This document shows positions 1-8,469 of a stretch of DNA of 58,539 nucleotides, piece after piece. The DNA is from Enterobacter phage Mulvp2: the sequence record OR508996.1. One strand, written 5' to 3'. Numbering within the stretch: position 1 is the stretch's first letter; the number at the start of each line of letters is the position of its first letter. The translations under genes and the position numbers were made by a program. The notes under the pieces are model-generated. The model was not told the DNA's origin. It saw nothing but the letters and a program-made list of their open reading frames with translations, and searched no databases.

Positions 1-338
1 ATAATCTGGTCGCGAATTTCAAAGCCGGCCAGACGGATTGCCAGGGTGCCCAGGTCGTAAGTACGTGAACCGAAAAATGCAAGCAGGTGACCGCCTGGTT
101 TCAGTACGCGAAATACTTCTTTCCAGATTGACGGTCCGGGTACAAAACTGTCCCACGACTTACCCATAAACCCGCCGCCGGTGTGTACGTAGTCATCACC
201 ATTCATCCAGTGTTTCATGACTTCCATCATGTCCGGCTCTTTACTCAGTCCATACGGTGGGTCTGTCACCACGGCATCAATGCTGTTATTGGCAAGGCAA
301 GTCCGCATCCCTAACAGACAATCCAGGTTAATTATCAT
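1..338 (-). CDS. DNA methyltransferase (beta-class N6A/N4C), N-terminal part. The gene starts at ATG 338..336, runs off the window start and continues in frame at the window end (57687..58539).
   Basis: Own reverse-complement translation gives MIINLDCLLGMRTCLANNSIDAVVTDPPYGLSKEP...GFEIRDQI, with the DPPY motif IV. 338+853 nt = 397 codons in frame with the C-terminal part at the window end. Confidence 0.75.
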   Translation of the reverse strand, partial: MIINLDCLLGMRTCLANNSIDAVVTDPPYGLSKEPDMMEVMKHWMNGDDYVHTGGGFMGKSWDSFVPGPSIWKEVFRVLKPGGHLLAFFGSRTYDLGTLAIRLAGFEIRDQI

Positions 339-685
339 TTCAATATCTCGCTCACACTGTTAAAAATCGGTTTATTCAGCTCGCGCATTTTGCGGATCTC
401 TTTCGAGCACTGCGCGTCCATTTCCCACCCGTCCAGTACCAGCATACCATCACAGCGCACAAGCAGTTCCATGCAATCCGGTAGCAGCGGCAGACGGTAG
501 CGGTGGTCAAACAGCCATTCACCAAACGTAAGCTGCGGCGCTACAGGCAACCAGTCACTGCGATGGATGATAACCTGCATACATGCGTCACGGATTGCCT
601 GCAGGTTATCACGCACCTCATTCTGGCGCTTGTATGGGTGCTGTTCGAACGCATCGACCGGTCCGCAGATGTAGATCAGGCGCAC
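335..685 (-). CDS. DUF4406 / nucleoside 2-deoxyribosyltransferase-like protein
   Basis: 116 aa. N-terminus MRLIYICGPVD resembles the Ndt/DUF4406 signature. ATGA start/stop overlap with the downstream methylase. Confidence 0.4.
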   Translation of the reverse strand: MRLIYICGPVDAFEQHPYKRQNEVRDNLQAIRDACMQVIIHRSDWLPVAPQLTFGEWLFDHRYRLPLLPDCMELLVRCDGMLVLDGWEMDAQCSKEIRKMRELNKPIFNSVSEILK

Positions 686-1041
686 GGTAACTCCGCCAGC
701 ACTTTGTCGACGCCGACGATATCAATGCCGCGTAGCACGTCGTGGATCAGGCTGACGCGTTCCGGGTCGCTGCATTTAATCTTCGTCTGGGTGCCAGCCG
801 CCATAATCTGGTAAAACTGGTACAGGTACATGCCGCGCTTCTCGCACTCGTTGCGCAGGTTTTCAATCGGCGTGCGGTTTGGTGCAACGCTCATACCTTT
901 GATCGCCAGGTCAAGCATGCGACGTTTGCCGGCAACAGGTTTGTCGCACAGCCAGTTGTAAACTGACTGCCCGGTTACGCCCCAGCGCTTACCGAGCGCA
1001 GCGCGCTCTTTGGCCGGAATTTCTAACTGGTAAACTGCCAT
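676..1041 (-). CDS. hypothetical protein
   Basis: 121-aa ORF. SD AAGAGGA 7 nt upstream of ATG 1041. Confidence 0.5.
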   Translation of the reverse strand: MAVYQLEIPAKERAALGKRWGVTGQSVYNWLCDKPVAGKRRMLDLAIKGMSVAPNRTPIENLRNECEKRGMYLYQFYQIMAAGTQTKIKCSDPERVSLIHDVLRGIDIVGVDKVLAELPCA

Positions 1042-1102
1042 AAAATAAGTCCTCTTAACGTTAGTAATAATTATTTTATTACGAGTTTATACGCTTCGTC
1101 AA

Positions 1103-3247
1103 TTATTTGCGGAAACGAGGACCGCGCCACCCGCCCGCAGCTTTTACCGGCCAGTCTTTTGCCCAGTCAGGCAATTGACCCATTATCTCTTCGAACTCTT
1201 CGACAGCACCGTAGCCGATCGGAACCTCCGCCATCGCCTCATCGTGGACGTGCATGACAATAGGGTATTTGGAATCAAGGCGCACTAGTGCATGTGCGAG
1301 CAGATCGCGACATGTTCCCTGTACGACGTTGTTACAGAGTTTACCGCCCCAGGTGTCAATGCGCTGCCAGCGAGGTGCGGCTCGTGCCTTTTCCGGCATA
1401 CCGTAGTAGTACATCTGGTATGATGGTTGCCCTCGCCATGTGCCTTTCAATTCCAGTCCGGCACGATGATAGGTAAGTATTCGACCAGAGGGTAGACGGC
1501 AGTACAGGTTGCCATTTTTCATCTGGTACATAATGCCGTTGTACTGGAATGTGCTACCGGGCTGTTGTATGGCTGAAGACGCTGCGTGTTCCAGTCCATA
1601 CCAGAAGTCGCGGACTTTCGGTGATTTTGCACGCCAGTTTTTTACGGTCTGGTCCATTTCGCTTTCAGACATGAATTTGTCCGCCCCAAATGCAACTAAA
1701 CTTGCAACTCCGCCGCCATACCCTAGCGCCAGTTCTGCGGTCTTACCATGCTGTCGGTATGGGTGATGGTGACCGCCGTGTTCGTTCTGATAAGTTTTGA
1801 AATCTTCCATTGACATGCCATACATCTGTCCGGCCGACGCTTCATATATTTTTCCGTGAGTGCGGAAAACATCGATTCGCCATTCTTCCCCGGCGAGCAT
1901 CGCCAGGCCTCGGGCCTCAATAGCTGAATAGTCTGCGTTAATGAATTCGTGTCCGGGAGCCGCCATTATGAATCCACGAAGACACCCTGATATAGCTTTC
2001 ATGGCATTGCCGAAACGGTGCTCAATAACGTCCAATGATCGTGTCTGTAACAGTGCGATACATTCAAGCGCGTAATTCTCGTCCCACTCATTACCGTCAA
2101 CTTTCGGACCGGACCGAGGGAAGTTATGCGGCTGTGGCCCACTGCCAGCCCATCGTCCGGTACGCTCCGCGCCGCAGTAAATGAAAGCACCATGCAGACG
2201 CCCATCCCCAGATGCGAAGTTGCGCATACTGAAAAGTTTGGCAATACTCGCCGATCCTAGCATCTGGCGTATCTCAAGAACACGTTTTACATCGCTGTCA
2301 AGACCATCTTTATCGACCCATTCGTCAACGGTGTCTGCAGCGGTGTCAGGTACAAAACAACCGCGAGCGTGCAACCAGGCTTTTAATTTCTGGTGACTGT
2401 TCGCCGTAAGGACAGACCCGTTTGTTAGTCTTTGCAATTCAGGTGTGTATCGCGCGACGGCCTGATGATATATGGCGATAGCATTTTCCAGGTTCTCCAT
2501 GTCGACACCGACACCTCTTGCGTTTATCTTCTGATCCAGGATGAACATCTGCTGCTCAAAAGGATTTAGATCAGGGATAGCGGCGGATATAGCAGCTTCT
2601 GCAACAATGTCCTGTGCGTTATAAGTGCAGTTAGTCTGGTATAGTGCAGGGTCGTCTGTTGGTTTAATCCTTTTTCTGGGGTCTGCTTTTGTTGGGGTTC
2701 GCGGCATCCAGAGTTGTTTTGAAACCGAACCACCCAGGGTATCTTTTACGACCTGAAGTTGAAGTGCTTCACCGATCGCGGATAGTTTACGCGGCAGACC
2801 GTATGCCTGTGCTTTGCTCGCACTGCACCTCAATTGTTCAAGCTTAATTGCCGGGAACCCGAGACGCTTGTGCCAAACGTTAGTCCATATGGCATATTCA
2901 AAGAAGGAGTTGTGAGCCTCAATTATCCCACCCATTTCAATATAACGAATCAAATCCGCAGGGCGCGGGTCGCCATATCGCCACTGTTTAGGTCCGGTAC
3001 CATCTTTCAGATTGTAAGCCAGGCTTATAGGCTCGCAAGATGGGTGCATAGAGTACGTCCAGGCCCCTACGTCTGCTATTCCGCCTTTTGTGCCTAACTT
3101 ACACCATTTATTTTTCTCATCATCCCACTCGTACCCGGCTTCACAGTAAGTTTCAAAGTCCATATCTGCATAAACAGCAATTGGACCGAATGGCCCCGGA
3201 ACGGCGTCATATGGTCTGCCGGTGAATGGGTGTGTTAAAACTGTCAT
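1103..3247 (-). CDS. DNA polymerase, family A (T7-like, with 3'-5' exonuclease region)
   Basis: 714 aa. Motif A DYSAIEARGLA, motif B HGKTAELALGYGGG, motif C VHDEAM. SD AAGGAGTGAG before the ATG. Confidence 0.9.
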   Translation of the reverse strand: MTVLTHPFTGRPYDAVPGPFGPIAVYADMDFETYCEAGYEWDDEKNKWCKLGTKGGIADVGAWTYSMHPSCEPISLAYNLKDGTGPKQWRYGDPRPADLIRYIEMGGIIEAHNSFFEYAIWTNVWHKRLGFPAIKLEQLRCSASKAQAYGLPRKLSAIGEALQLQVVKDTLGGSVSKQLWMPRTPTKADPRKRIKPTDDPALYQTNCTYNAQDIVAEAAISAAIPDLNPFEQQMFILDQKINARGVGVDMENLENAIAIYHQAVARYTPELQRLTNGSVLTANSHQKLKAWLHARGCFVPDTAADTVDEWVDKDGLDSDVKRVLEIRQMLGSASIAKLFSMRNFASGDGRLHGAFIYCGAERTGRWAGSGPQPHNFPRSGPKVDGNEWDENYALECIALLQTRSLDVIEHRFGNAMKAISGCLRGFIMAAPGHEFINADYSAIEARGLAMLAGEEWRIDVFRTHGKIYEASAGQMYGMSMEDFKTYQNEHGGHHHPYRQHGKTAELALGYGGGVASLVAFGADKFMSESEMDQTVKNWRAKSPKVRDFWYGLEHAASSAIQQPGSTFQYNGIMYQMKNGNLYCRLPSGRILTYHRAGLELKGTWRGQPSYQMYYYGMPEKARAAPRWQRIDTWGGKLCNNVVQGTCRDLLAHALVRLDSKYPIVMHVHDEAMAEVPIGYGAVEEFEEIMGQLPDWAKDWPVKAAGGWRGPRFRK

Positions 3248-3251
3248 TCGC

Positions 3252-3719
3252 TCACTCCTTATAGAACGTTATCCAGTGTGTCTTTGCGGCTTTTCCGGAA
3301 GGATGACCGAACATTGGTTTATAGGGTACCAGTTTCAAAATTTCACTGGTTTTGATCTGCATTTCGTTCCACTTAAAAATTAGTGTTCCGCCAGGTTTGA
3401 GAACACGGAATGCTTCAATGAATCCGAGTAACAGATCGTCCTGCCATGTATCTTTGTTCAGACCACCGTATTTCTTTTTGAGCCAGCTTTCATCGCCTAC
3501 CGAGACAAGATGTGGTGGGTCGAAAACAATGAGATTGAATGACTCATTTTCAAACGGTAAATTTCTGAAATCGGCAACCACGTCTGGTTGTATGTCACAT
3601 GCGCGCCCGTCACATAATATGTGTTTTTCTTCACGGATATCACAGAACACAACGAGTGGATTCGTGCGGTCAAACCAGAACATCCGTGACCCGCAGCACA
3701 TGTCTAACACAGGTTTCAT
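3252..3719 (-). CDS. small SAM-dependent methyltransferase (motif I LDMCCGS, motif IV DPPH)
   Basis: 155 aa. AdoMet motif near the N-terminus, then FDPPH. No TRD, so the substrate (DNA, RNA or protein) cannot be decided. Confidence 0.5.
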   Translation of the reverse strand: MKPVLDMCCGSRMFWFDRTNPLVVFCDIREEKHILCDGRACDIQPDVVADFRNLPFENESFNLIVFDPPHLVSVGDESWLKKKYGGLNKDTWQDDLLLGFIEAFRVLKPGGTLIFKWNEMQIKTSEILKLVPYKPMFGHPSGKAAKTHWITFYKE

Positions 3720-3730
3720 TCGCTCACCTT

Positions 3731-3760
3731 AAAAATAAGGCGGCTTGCGCCGCCCTGTTA
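3731..3760 (-). terminator. intercistronic hairpin / terminator-like (GGCGGCTTGCGCCGCC plus T-rich run on the minus strand)
   Basis: Minus strand reads CAGGGCGGCGCAAGCCGCC then TTATTTTTAA, immediately before the SD of the 3252..3719 gene. Confidence 0.4.
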
Positions 3761-4129
3761 TCAATTTGCGGAAAGTTTTTCTTTTAACAAATAACCTTCC
3801 AGCGACCAGATTTTATTGACCGCGTTTTCACGGGCAATTTTACGCCCGATCTCCGGGTCGAAGTTTTCCGGGCTGGCGCACGCACTTTCGCCGGTGACTG
3901 TGAAGCCGTTGCGCAGCACCAGAACACAGAATGTGATCAGGTCTAAAGACCGTACGGATTTATCGCTAGGCGCGCTGCCAACGTAAACGTCGTCATTGTT
4001 TTTGTAGGCACCCAGTACACCATCAGACCCAGTAAAATAGTGCTCGCTGGCAATGACATCCGCAATGTGCTGCGGTGTTACGCGCGGAGCGGTTAAACCT
4101 TTTTCTTGAATTTCTTCTTCAATAGACAT
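3761..4129 (-). CDS. hypothetical phage protein (Gp49-like N-terminal region)
   Basis: 122 aa. MSIEEEIQEKGLTAPRVTPQHIADVIASEHYF resembles the conserved Phage_gp49_66-type N-terminus; from memory only. Confidence 0.4.
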   Translation of the reverse strand: MSIEEEIQEKGLTAPRVTPQHIADVIASEHYFTGSDGVLGAYKNNDDVYVGSAPSDKSVRSLDLITFCVLVLRNGFTVTGESACASPENFDPEIGRKIARENAVNKIWSLEGYLLKEKLSAN

Positions 4130-4184
4130 TGTGTTTCCTTATTACTGAGGTTAAAGGCGGCATATAGCCGCCCTGTTAATTAAC

Positions 4185-4940
4185 TTACGCGCTCCATTTC
4201 GCGTAGCCCTGATTTACCATCTGTTCGTCGCTAAACCCGTTAGCGCGAAGTTGCTCAATGGTCCATGCCTGCGTAGGGATCAGCGTCTTAACCGCTGGCG
4301 CAGGTGGCTGCAGGAAATCAGGCGCAGGTGCCGGGTTAGGGTTAGGCGCGGTCTGTTGCGGTGCCTGAGCTACGCCGAAAGCATTTGCTAGTGCCTGTGC
4401 GTTCATGCCGCCACCGGACGCTTCTGCGATCTGTGGACGCTGAGTTTTGTCAAAGTTGACAACCTGAATGCCCTGCAGACCTAACGAAACGCCTTTGTTA
4501 CCGGAGTTGTCGTACTTGTATGCGTCAACACACAGTTTAATACCCGCGCCGGAATAAAATTTGTCTTTTTCAAAATTCAGATCCATCGGCTGGCCGTTAA
4601 GGTTGATAACACCGACAGGATAACCTGACTTGGCGTTGATAACCCATTTCCCGGCGTATGCTGAAACTTTAACACCTGCTGAACTCTGATACACATCGCC
4701 ATCGTGCCAGCGATCGTTGACGCTGAATGGATTGATGAACGGTACTTTTTCCAGTGTCGCTTTGTTTTGCAACAACTGAGTCAGTTCCTGGACAGTCGCT
4801 GCGTCATTTTTATCTACCAGCACTTTTACGCTGTACTTACCATTGTCGTCAGGCTTGCTGATATTTTCAAAAGCCAGAATTACTTCGTTTGTTACTACTT
4901 TACCGTCAGATAAAATCATTTCGATGCTCCATTGAACCAT
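4185..4940 (-). CDS. DUF2815-like protein (putative phage ssDNA-binding protein)
   Basis: 251 aa. Sits between the DUF2800 nuclease and the DNA polymerase, as in the conserved DUF2800/DUF2815/PolA replication module. Gln/Pro-rich C-terminal tail. Confidence 0.4.
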   Translation of the reverse strand: MVQWSIEMILSDGKVVTNEVILAFENISKPDDNGKYSVKVLVDKNDAATVQELTQLLQNKATLEKVPFINPFSVNDRWHDGDVYQSSAGVKVSAYAGKWVINAKSGYPVGVINLNGQPMDLNFEKDKFYSGAGIKLCVDAYKYDNSGNKGVSLGLQGIQVVNFDKTQRPQIAEASGGGMNAQALANAFGVAQAPQQTAPNPNPAPAPDFLQPPAPAVKTLIPTQAWTIEQLRANGFSDEQMVNQGYAKWSA

Positions 4941-6058
4941 TCAGAAAGTTTTGACGCGACTGCCGCGCCGGGTTGTTCAGAGGCAACTAATCGCTTGCCT
5001 CCTGCTGGTTTAAAGATTAACAGCTTTGATACGTCGCTGTCAATTATTTTATCGATATTTGCCGGACTGATTAACTCGCGTGGTTTGCTGACCTTCTCAA
5101 CAAGGTCCGGCCGCATTGCGCAAAGGATGTCATATGCGCCTTCGACATATTTACGGTGCGTGTTGCGCTGCACCAGTTTGTAACCCGGGATATGCTTACC
5201 CTGGTTTTCGGCCATGTGGAACGCCAGTTTATCGACCGCGTCCTGCTGCGATTTGATAAACGTTGCCGCCTCATCAAGCAGGCGTTTGCGTTCCGCCATT
5301 TGCTCAGGTGTGGGATTCTGTAATTCAGTCATTACGATCACCTGTTTCAGATAGTGCTCTGTGCGCGCCCAGTGCGCCTCACACGACGCCATTCCCGGAC
5401 AATATTCGCACCATGCCCCGACGTTAAACGTGTGCTCACCGGCGCGCTTTGCCGCCTCGAATATCTTTACCCACCAGGTGTAAAGTTCCTGCAGCGTCAA
5501 ATTCCATGTCCGCGGTTCGCCGCATAACGGCTGAATAATATGACCGGTCACCGTTTCCGGTAAAGGCCACCCGCGTTCCTGAATATTACGCACCGCGCCG
5601 ATCAGATAAAACGCTAACTGGTGGTTGTCGACCGCTGGTACGAAAAGTCGACCGTGCTTCGCGTCAAATACGTCCAGATGTCGGTACAACGGACTGTAGC
5701 TGATACAGTCGGCCGTGCCGTACATGTCGTCAGACAGACTGACGCGCTGTTCAATAAACGTGTTGTCCCAGTTCAGCGCGCAGTGATCCACAACGTAATC
5801 AACGTACGTATCGCTTTCCAGGAACATGTCTTCGTACAGACTGACATCGTTCGGCGCATATGACGGCCAGATACCATCGAAATCACGACCGTGCTGTTTC
5901 CAGTGATTCAGACGTGTCTCGTCGACCCAGTGCAATGCGGTACCGCGCGCCGCGGCGTCACTTTCAGTGTCAGGTGGTGCAAGATGCAGTATCGCCACAC
6001 TGCCCGGGCAGTTTGCCCAGCGATAACATGACGACCCGCCTAACGTTGCGTGTGACAT
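4916..6058 (-). CDS. DUF2800 PD-(D/E)XK (Cas4-like) nuclease with Cys cluster
   Basis: 380 aa. N-terminus MSHATLGGSSCYRWANCPGS. C-terminal CEYCPGMASCEAHW cysteine cluster, typical of Cas4/DUF2800 Fe-S nucleases. Confidence 0.6.
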   Translation of the reverse strand: MSHATLGGSSCYRWANCPGSVAILHLAPPDTESDAAARGTALHWVDETRLNHWKQHGRDFDGIWPSYAPNDVSLYEDMFLESDTYVDYVVDHCALNWDNTFIEQRVSLSDDMYGTADCISYSPLYRHLDVFDAKHGRLFVPAVDNHQLAFYLIGAVRNIQERGWPLPETVTGHIIQPLCGEPRTWNLTLQELYTWWVKIFEAAKRAGEHTFNVGAWCEYCPGMASCEAHWARTEHYLKQVIVMTELQNPTPEQMAERKRLLDEAATFIKSQQDAVDKLAFHMAENQGKHIPGYKLVQRNTHRKYVEGAYDILCAMRPDLVEKVSKPRELISPANIDKIIDSDVSKLLIFKPAGGKRLVASEQPGAAVASKLSEWFNGASK

Positions 6059-6060
6059 AT

Positions 6061-6318
6061 TTATTCACCGTCAATAGTGAATTGCAGTTTCTGGAGTTTG
6101 ACTTTTTGCTTTTCGATCGATGCCAGTTTGTTAGTACGACGACGTTCACAGTCTGCCAGCGCTTCTTCGCGGGTTAGCCAGAAGTCTTTACCGTGGGCAG
6201 TCTGGAGATAACTATTACCAATACGATAGGACGCCATTGAGCCTGAATGTGAAATTTCAGCGTCAACCTTAAAGGGACCTTCAGTCAATGCATATTTTGT
6301 TACGTAAACTGCTGTCAT
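6061..6318 (-). CDS. hypothetical protein; paralog of the 23746..24024 product
   Basis: 85 aa. Shares VTKYALT(E/R)G and a C-terminal K/R-rich helix with the secreted protein at 23746..24024. Confidence 0.5.
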   Translation of the reverse strand: MTAVYVTKYALTEGPFKVDAEISHSGSMASYRIGNSYLQTAHGKDFWLTREEALADCERRRTNKLASIEKQKVKLQKLQFTIDGE

Positions 6319-6339
6319 AATTGCTCACCTCTTAAATAA

Positions 6340-6357
6340 AGCCCGCCGGAGCGGGCT
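6340..6357 (-). terminator. intercistronic hairpin (AGCCCGCCGGAGCGGGCT) followed on the minus strand by TTTATTT
   Basis: GC-rich perfect hairpin plus T-run, directly upstream of the SD AGGTGA of gene 6061..6318. Confidence 0.4.
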
Positions 6358-6364
6358 GAATGGG

Positions 6365-7672
6365 TTACTTGACCAGGTCGGCGATTGGTACGCCGGCGAC
6401 GATAGATGGCAGGTTAGCGATAATCTGATCGCGCACTTCGTACATTTTCTGCATCTGCTCGGTGGTCGCTTCAGGCACAGTGGTCACGCCGGACAGTTTC
6501 AGCAGAGTCTGGACGATCTGCCCGTGATATTTTGGCATATAGTCAGCCGCCGCAGCGGTACCGGCTTTCTGCAGTTCCTGCACGATCTGCTGGAAGTCCT
6601 GAATACGGTTGGTACTCGGCACCGGTGCAGGAGTTGGTTCCGGTGTTGGCGCTGGTGTTGGGTCAGGCTGCGGGACCGGAGTAGGTTCCGGTTGTGGTGC
6701 TGCGCCGGTCAGTTCAGCAGTCACAGCGGCAACAGTCGCATCGTCAACGCCGCGGCGTTTTTTCCAGGTACCGTCACCGTTCAGCGCTTTAGTGCCAGCG
6801 TGAATACGCTCGTCCCATGGTAGACCGTTTTTGTCGGTAGCAGGCGGTGCGTCGTTAACAGTTTCGACTTCTACGTCAACATCACCTGTAACAGTAACAT
6901 TTGGCCCTGGTACTGGTTGTGGAACCGGCGCAGCATTGGCTTTCAGCGCGTCCTGTACCACGGTTTGATTAACCACTTCACCAACCACACGTTGAATATC
7001 TTGTTTCAGTGGACCGCCGGTCGCAAGAGTAACAGAATCACCGTTCAGTTTTGCCACGATGTCAGCCAGTTCGGAAGTGCTTTCGGTTTTAATGCTCAGT
7101 GTAAATTCAGCCATTTCTTTTGGTTTCCTGTTGATAAGTTTTTGAAATACAGCGTTGCAGAATTCTGCTTCGTTAATTGCATCGTGCAGGGCGTTATGTT
7201 TAACACCTTTGAACGTGTTGTGCCAGTGGTCGAGTCCGAGAATATGCGTGCCGATAAACGTCAGCGTGCGCATATCCAGATCGCCCCAGTATTTAATCGG
7301 TGACTGCATACCGATTGCTTTACATGCCGACTCCAGCCACTGGTTATCAGCGCGCGGACCGTTGCCGATCGCATACTGCACACCGTGTCCGGCTAACCAT
7401 TTGGTAAAGTCTACCAGTACGTCGCGTAACGGGCGCTGGTCAACAGACAGGACATCCTGTGCAGCCTGACCCTGTTTAGCCCACCACGCTTTTGTTGACT
7501 CGCTCACATCCAGACCGGCGGCGATTGACGATTCAGGCGTGATGTTCGCGTAGAATGTGTCGACCTGCTGCCCGGTATTAAAATCACAGATAACTGCACC
7601 GATGCTTAGCAACGCGGCGTTATGCTCTGTGCTGAGTGTTTCCATATCGATTGTCGCTACGAGTGGGATCAC
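6365..7672 (-). CDS. DnaQ-like DEDDh 3'-5' exonuclease fused via a Pro/Thr linker to C-terminal domains of unknown function
   Basis: 435 aa. Exo I IDMETLS and Exo III HNALHDAINEAEF. The linker PQPEPTPVPQPDPTPAPTPEPTPAPVPS separates a roughly 90-aa C-terminal domain. Confidence 0.7.
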   Translation of the reverse strand: MIPLVATIDMETLSTEHNAALLSIGAVICDFNTGQQVDTFYANITPESSIAAGLDVSESTKAWWAKQGQAAQDVLSVDQRPLRDVLVDFTKWLAGHGVQYAIGNGPRADNQWLESACKAIGMQSPIKYWGDLDMRTLTFIGTHILGLDHWHNTFKGVKHNALHDAINEAEFCNAVFQKLINRKPKEMAEFTLSIKTESTSELADIVAKLNGDSVTLATGGPLKQDIQRVVGEVVNQTVVQDALKANAAPVPQPVPGPNVTVTGDVDVEVETVNDAPPATDKNGLPWDERIHAGTKALNGDGTWKKRRGVDDATVAAVTAELTGAAPQPEPTPVPQPDPTPAPTPEPTPAPVPSTNRIQDFQQIVQELQKAGTAAAADYMPKYHGQIVQTLLKLSGVTTVPEATTEQMQKMYEVRDQIIANLPSIVAGVPIADLVK

Positions 7673-7875
7673 TCTGTCACCTCGCGGAAGTTGACACGTT
7701 TGTATTTGGATAACGTGAAGATGTCCGTACCGTCATCGTGGTTGAGCATAAACGTACCGGTATCGCTGAAGTGCGCGCCGGACAGAATACGGTGTGCGTT
7801 CTCACGACTCAGTCCTGAACAGGTCACGGTGGTCATCGCGCCGTTCGGTTCTTCAAAGTTAAATTTAACAGCCAT
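7669..7875 (-). CDS. hypothetical protein (first gene of the leftward early operon)
   Basis: 68-aa ORF. ATGA overlap with the exonuclease gene. SD GCGAGGTGA upstream. Confidence 0.45.
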   Translation of the reverse strand: MAVKFNFEEPNGAMTTVTCSGLSRENAHRILSGAHFSDTGTFMLNHDDGTDIFTLSKYKRVNFREVTE

Positions 7876-7906
7876 TTGTCACCTCGCTTTGTTGTCTACG
7901 GAACAG

Positions 7907-7935
7907 ACTATAAAATAGTTGCGGATTGTGTGCAA
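7907..7935 (-). promoter_or_regulatory. sigma70-like promoter for the leftward early operon (TTGCAC-17-TATAGT on the minus strand)
   Basis: Minus strand reads TTGCAC acaatccgcaactattt TATAGT, about 30 nt upstream of ATG 7875. Confidence 0.4.
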
Positions 7936-7979
7936 GTGAATTATCATAAAAATCGTAAAATAAATCTGCGAGGTGTAAA

Positions 7980-8120
7980 ATGAAAACGCTTACCGCCGAG
8001 AAAGCAAAAGAACTGATTGAACACCTGGAGAAGTGCACAACCATCAACGAAGGGTGGTATCTGCAGGCGATGCGAATTGCGTACAATGTACTGAAGGAAG
8101 AAGAAAATGACGAAAATTGA
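7980..8120 (+). CDS. small ORF (46 aa, acidic C-terminus), not in the supplied track
   Basis: ATG 7980 preceded by SD AGGTG. Translates MKTLTAEKAKELIEHLEKCTTINEGWYLQAMRIAYNVLKEEENDEN. Overlaps the next gene by 14 nt. Confidence 0.3.
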   Translation: MKTLTAEKAKELIEHLEKCTTINEGWYLQAMRIAYNVLKEEENDEN

Positions 8121-8469
8121 TTATTCACAGTTATCAGATTTTGAAATTAACAAGCGCGTTTCGGTGGCGGCAGGCCTGAACGTAAACATGTTTTTTGATG
8201 TTGATGAAGCATACGCAAGAGGTCCAGTTTGGACGGCTCCTTCTGGTAATTGCTATGCAGGAATAAAAAGCTCGAAAGGAAATCCATTTGACCCGTGCAA
8301 TGACCCGGCTGACGCATGGCCGATTATTGTTGAACATAGAATCAGTATTGACTGTATTCATGACCAGGGTAAAAAATGGCTGGCCTTTTCCGGTGATGAC
8401 TGCGAATACCGGTCTACTCACAAAAACCCACTCCGCGCCGCGATGATTGTCTTTCTGGAGATGCAATGA
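8107..8469 (+). CDS. hypothetical protein
   Basis: 120 aa. ATGA overlap with the helicase gene. Function unknown. Confidence 0.55.
   Translation: MTKIDYSQLSDFEINKRVSVAAGLNVNMFFDVDEAYARGPVWTAPSGNCYAGIKSSKGNPFDPCNDPADAWPIIVEHRISIDCIHDQGKKWLAFSGDDCEYRSTHKNPLRAAMIVFLEMQ

Noticed and set aside
503-966. Plus-strand ORFs 503..814 and 742..966 at the left end
   Set aside because: Antisense to the DUF4406 gene and the 676..1041 gene, which are on the minus strand with RBSs and ATGA coupling.
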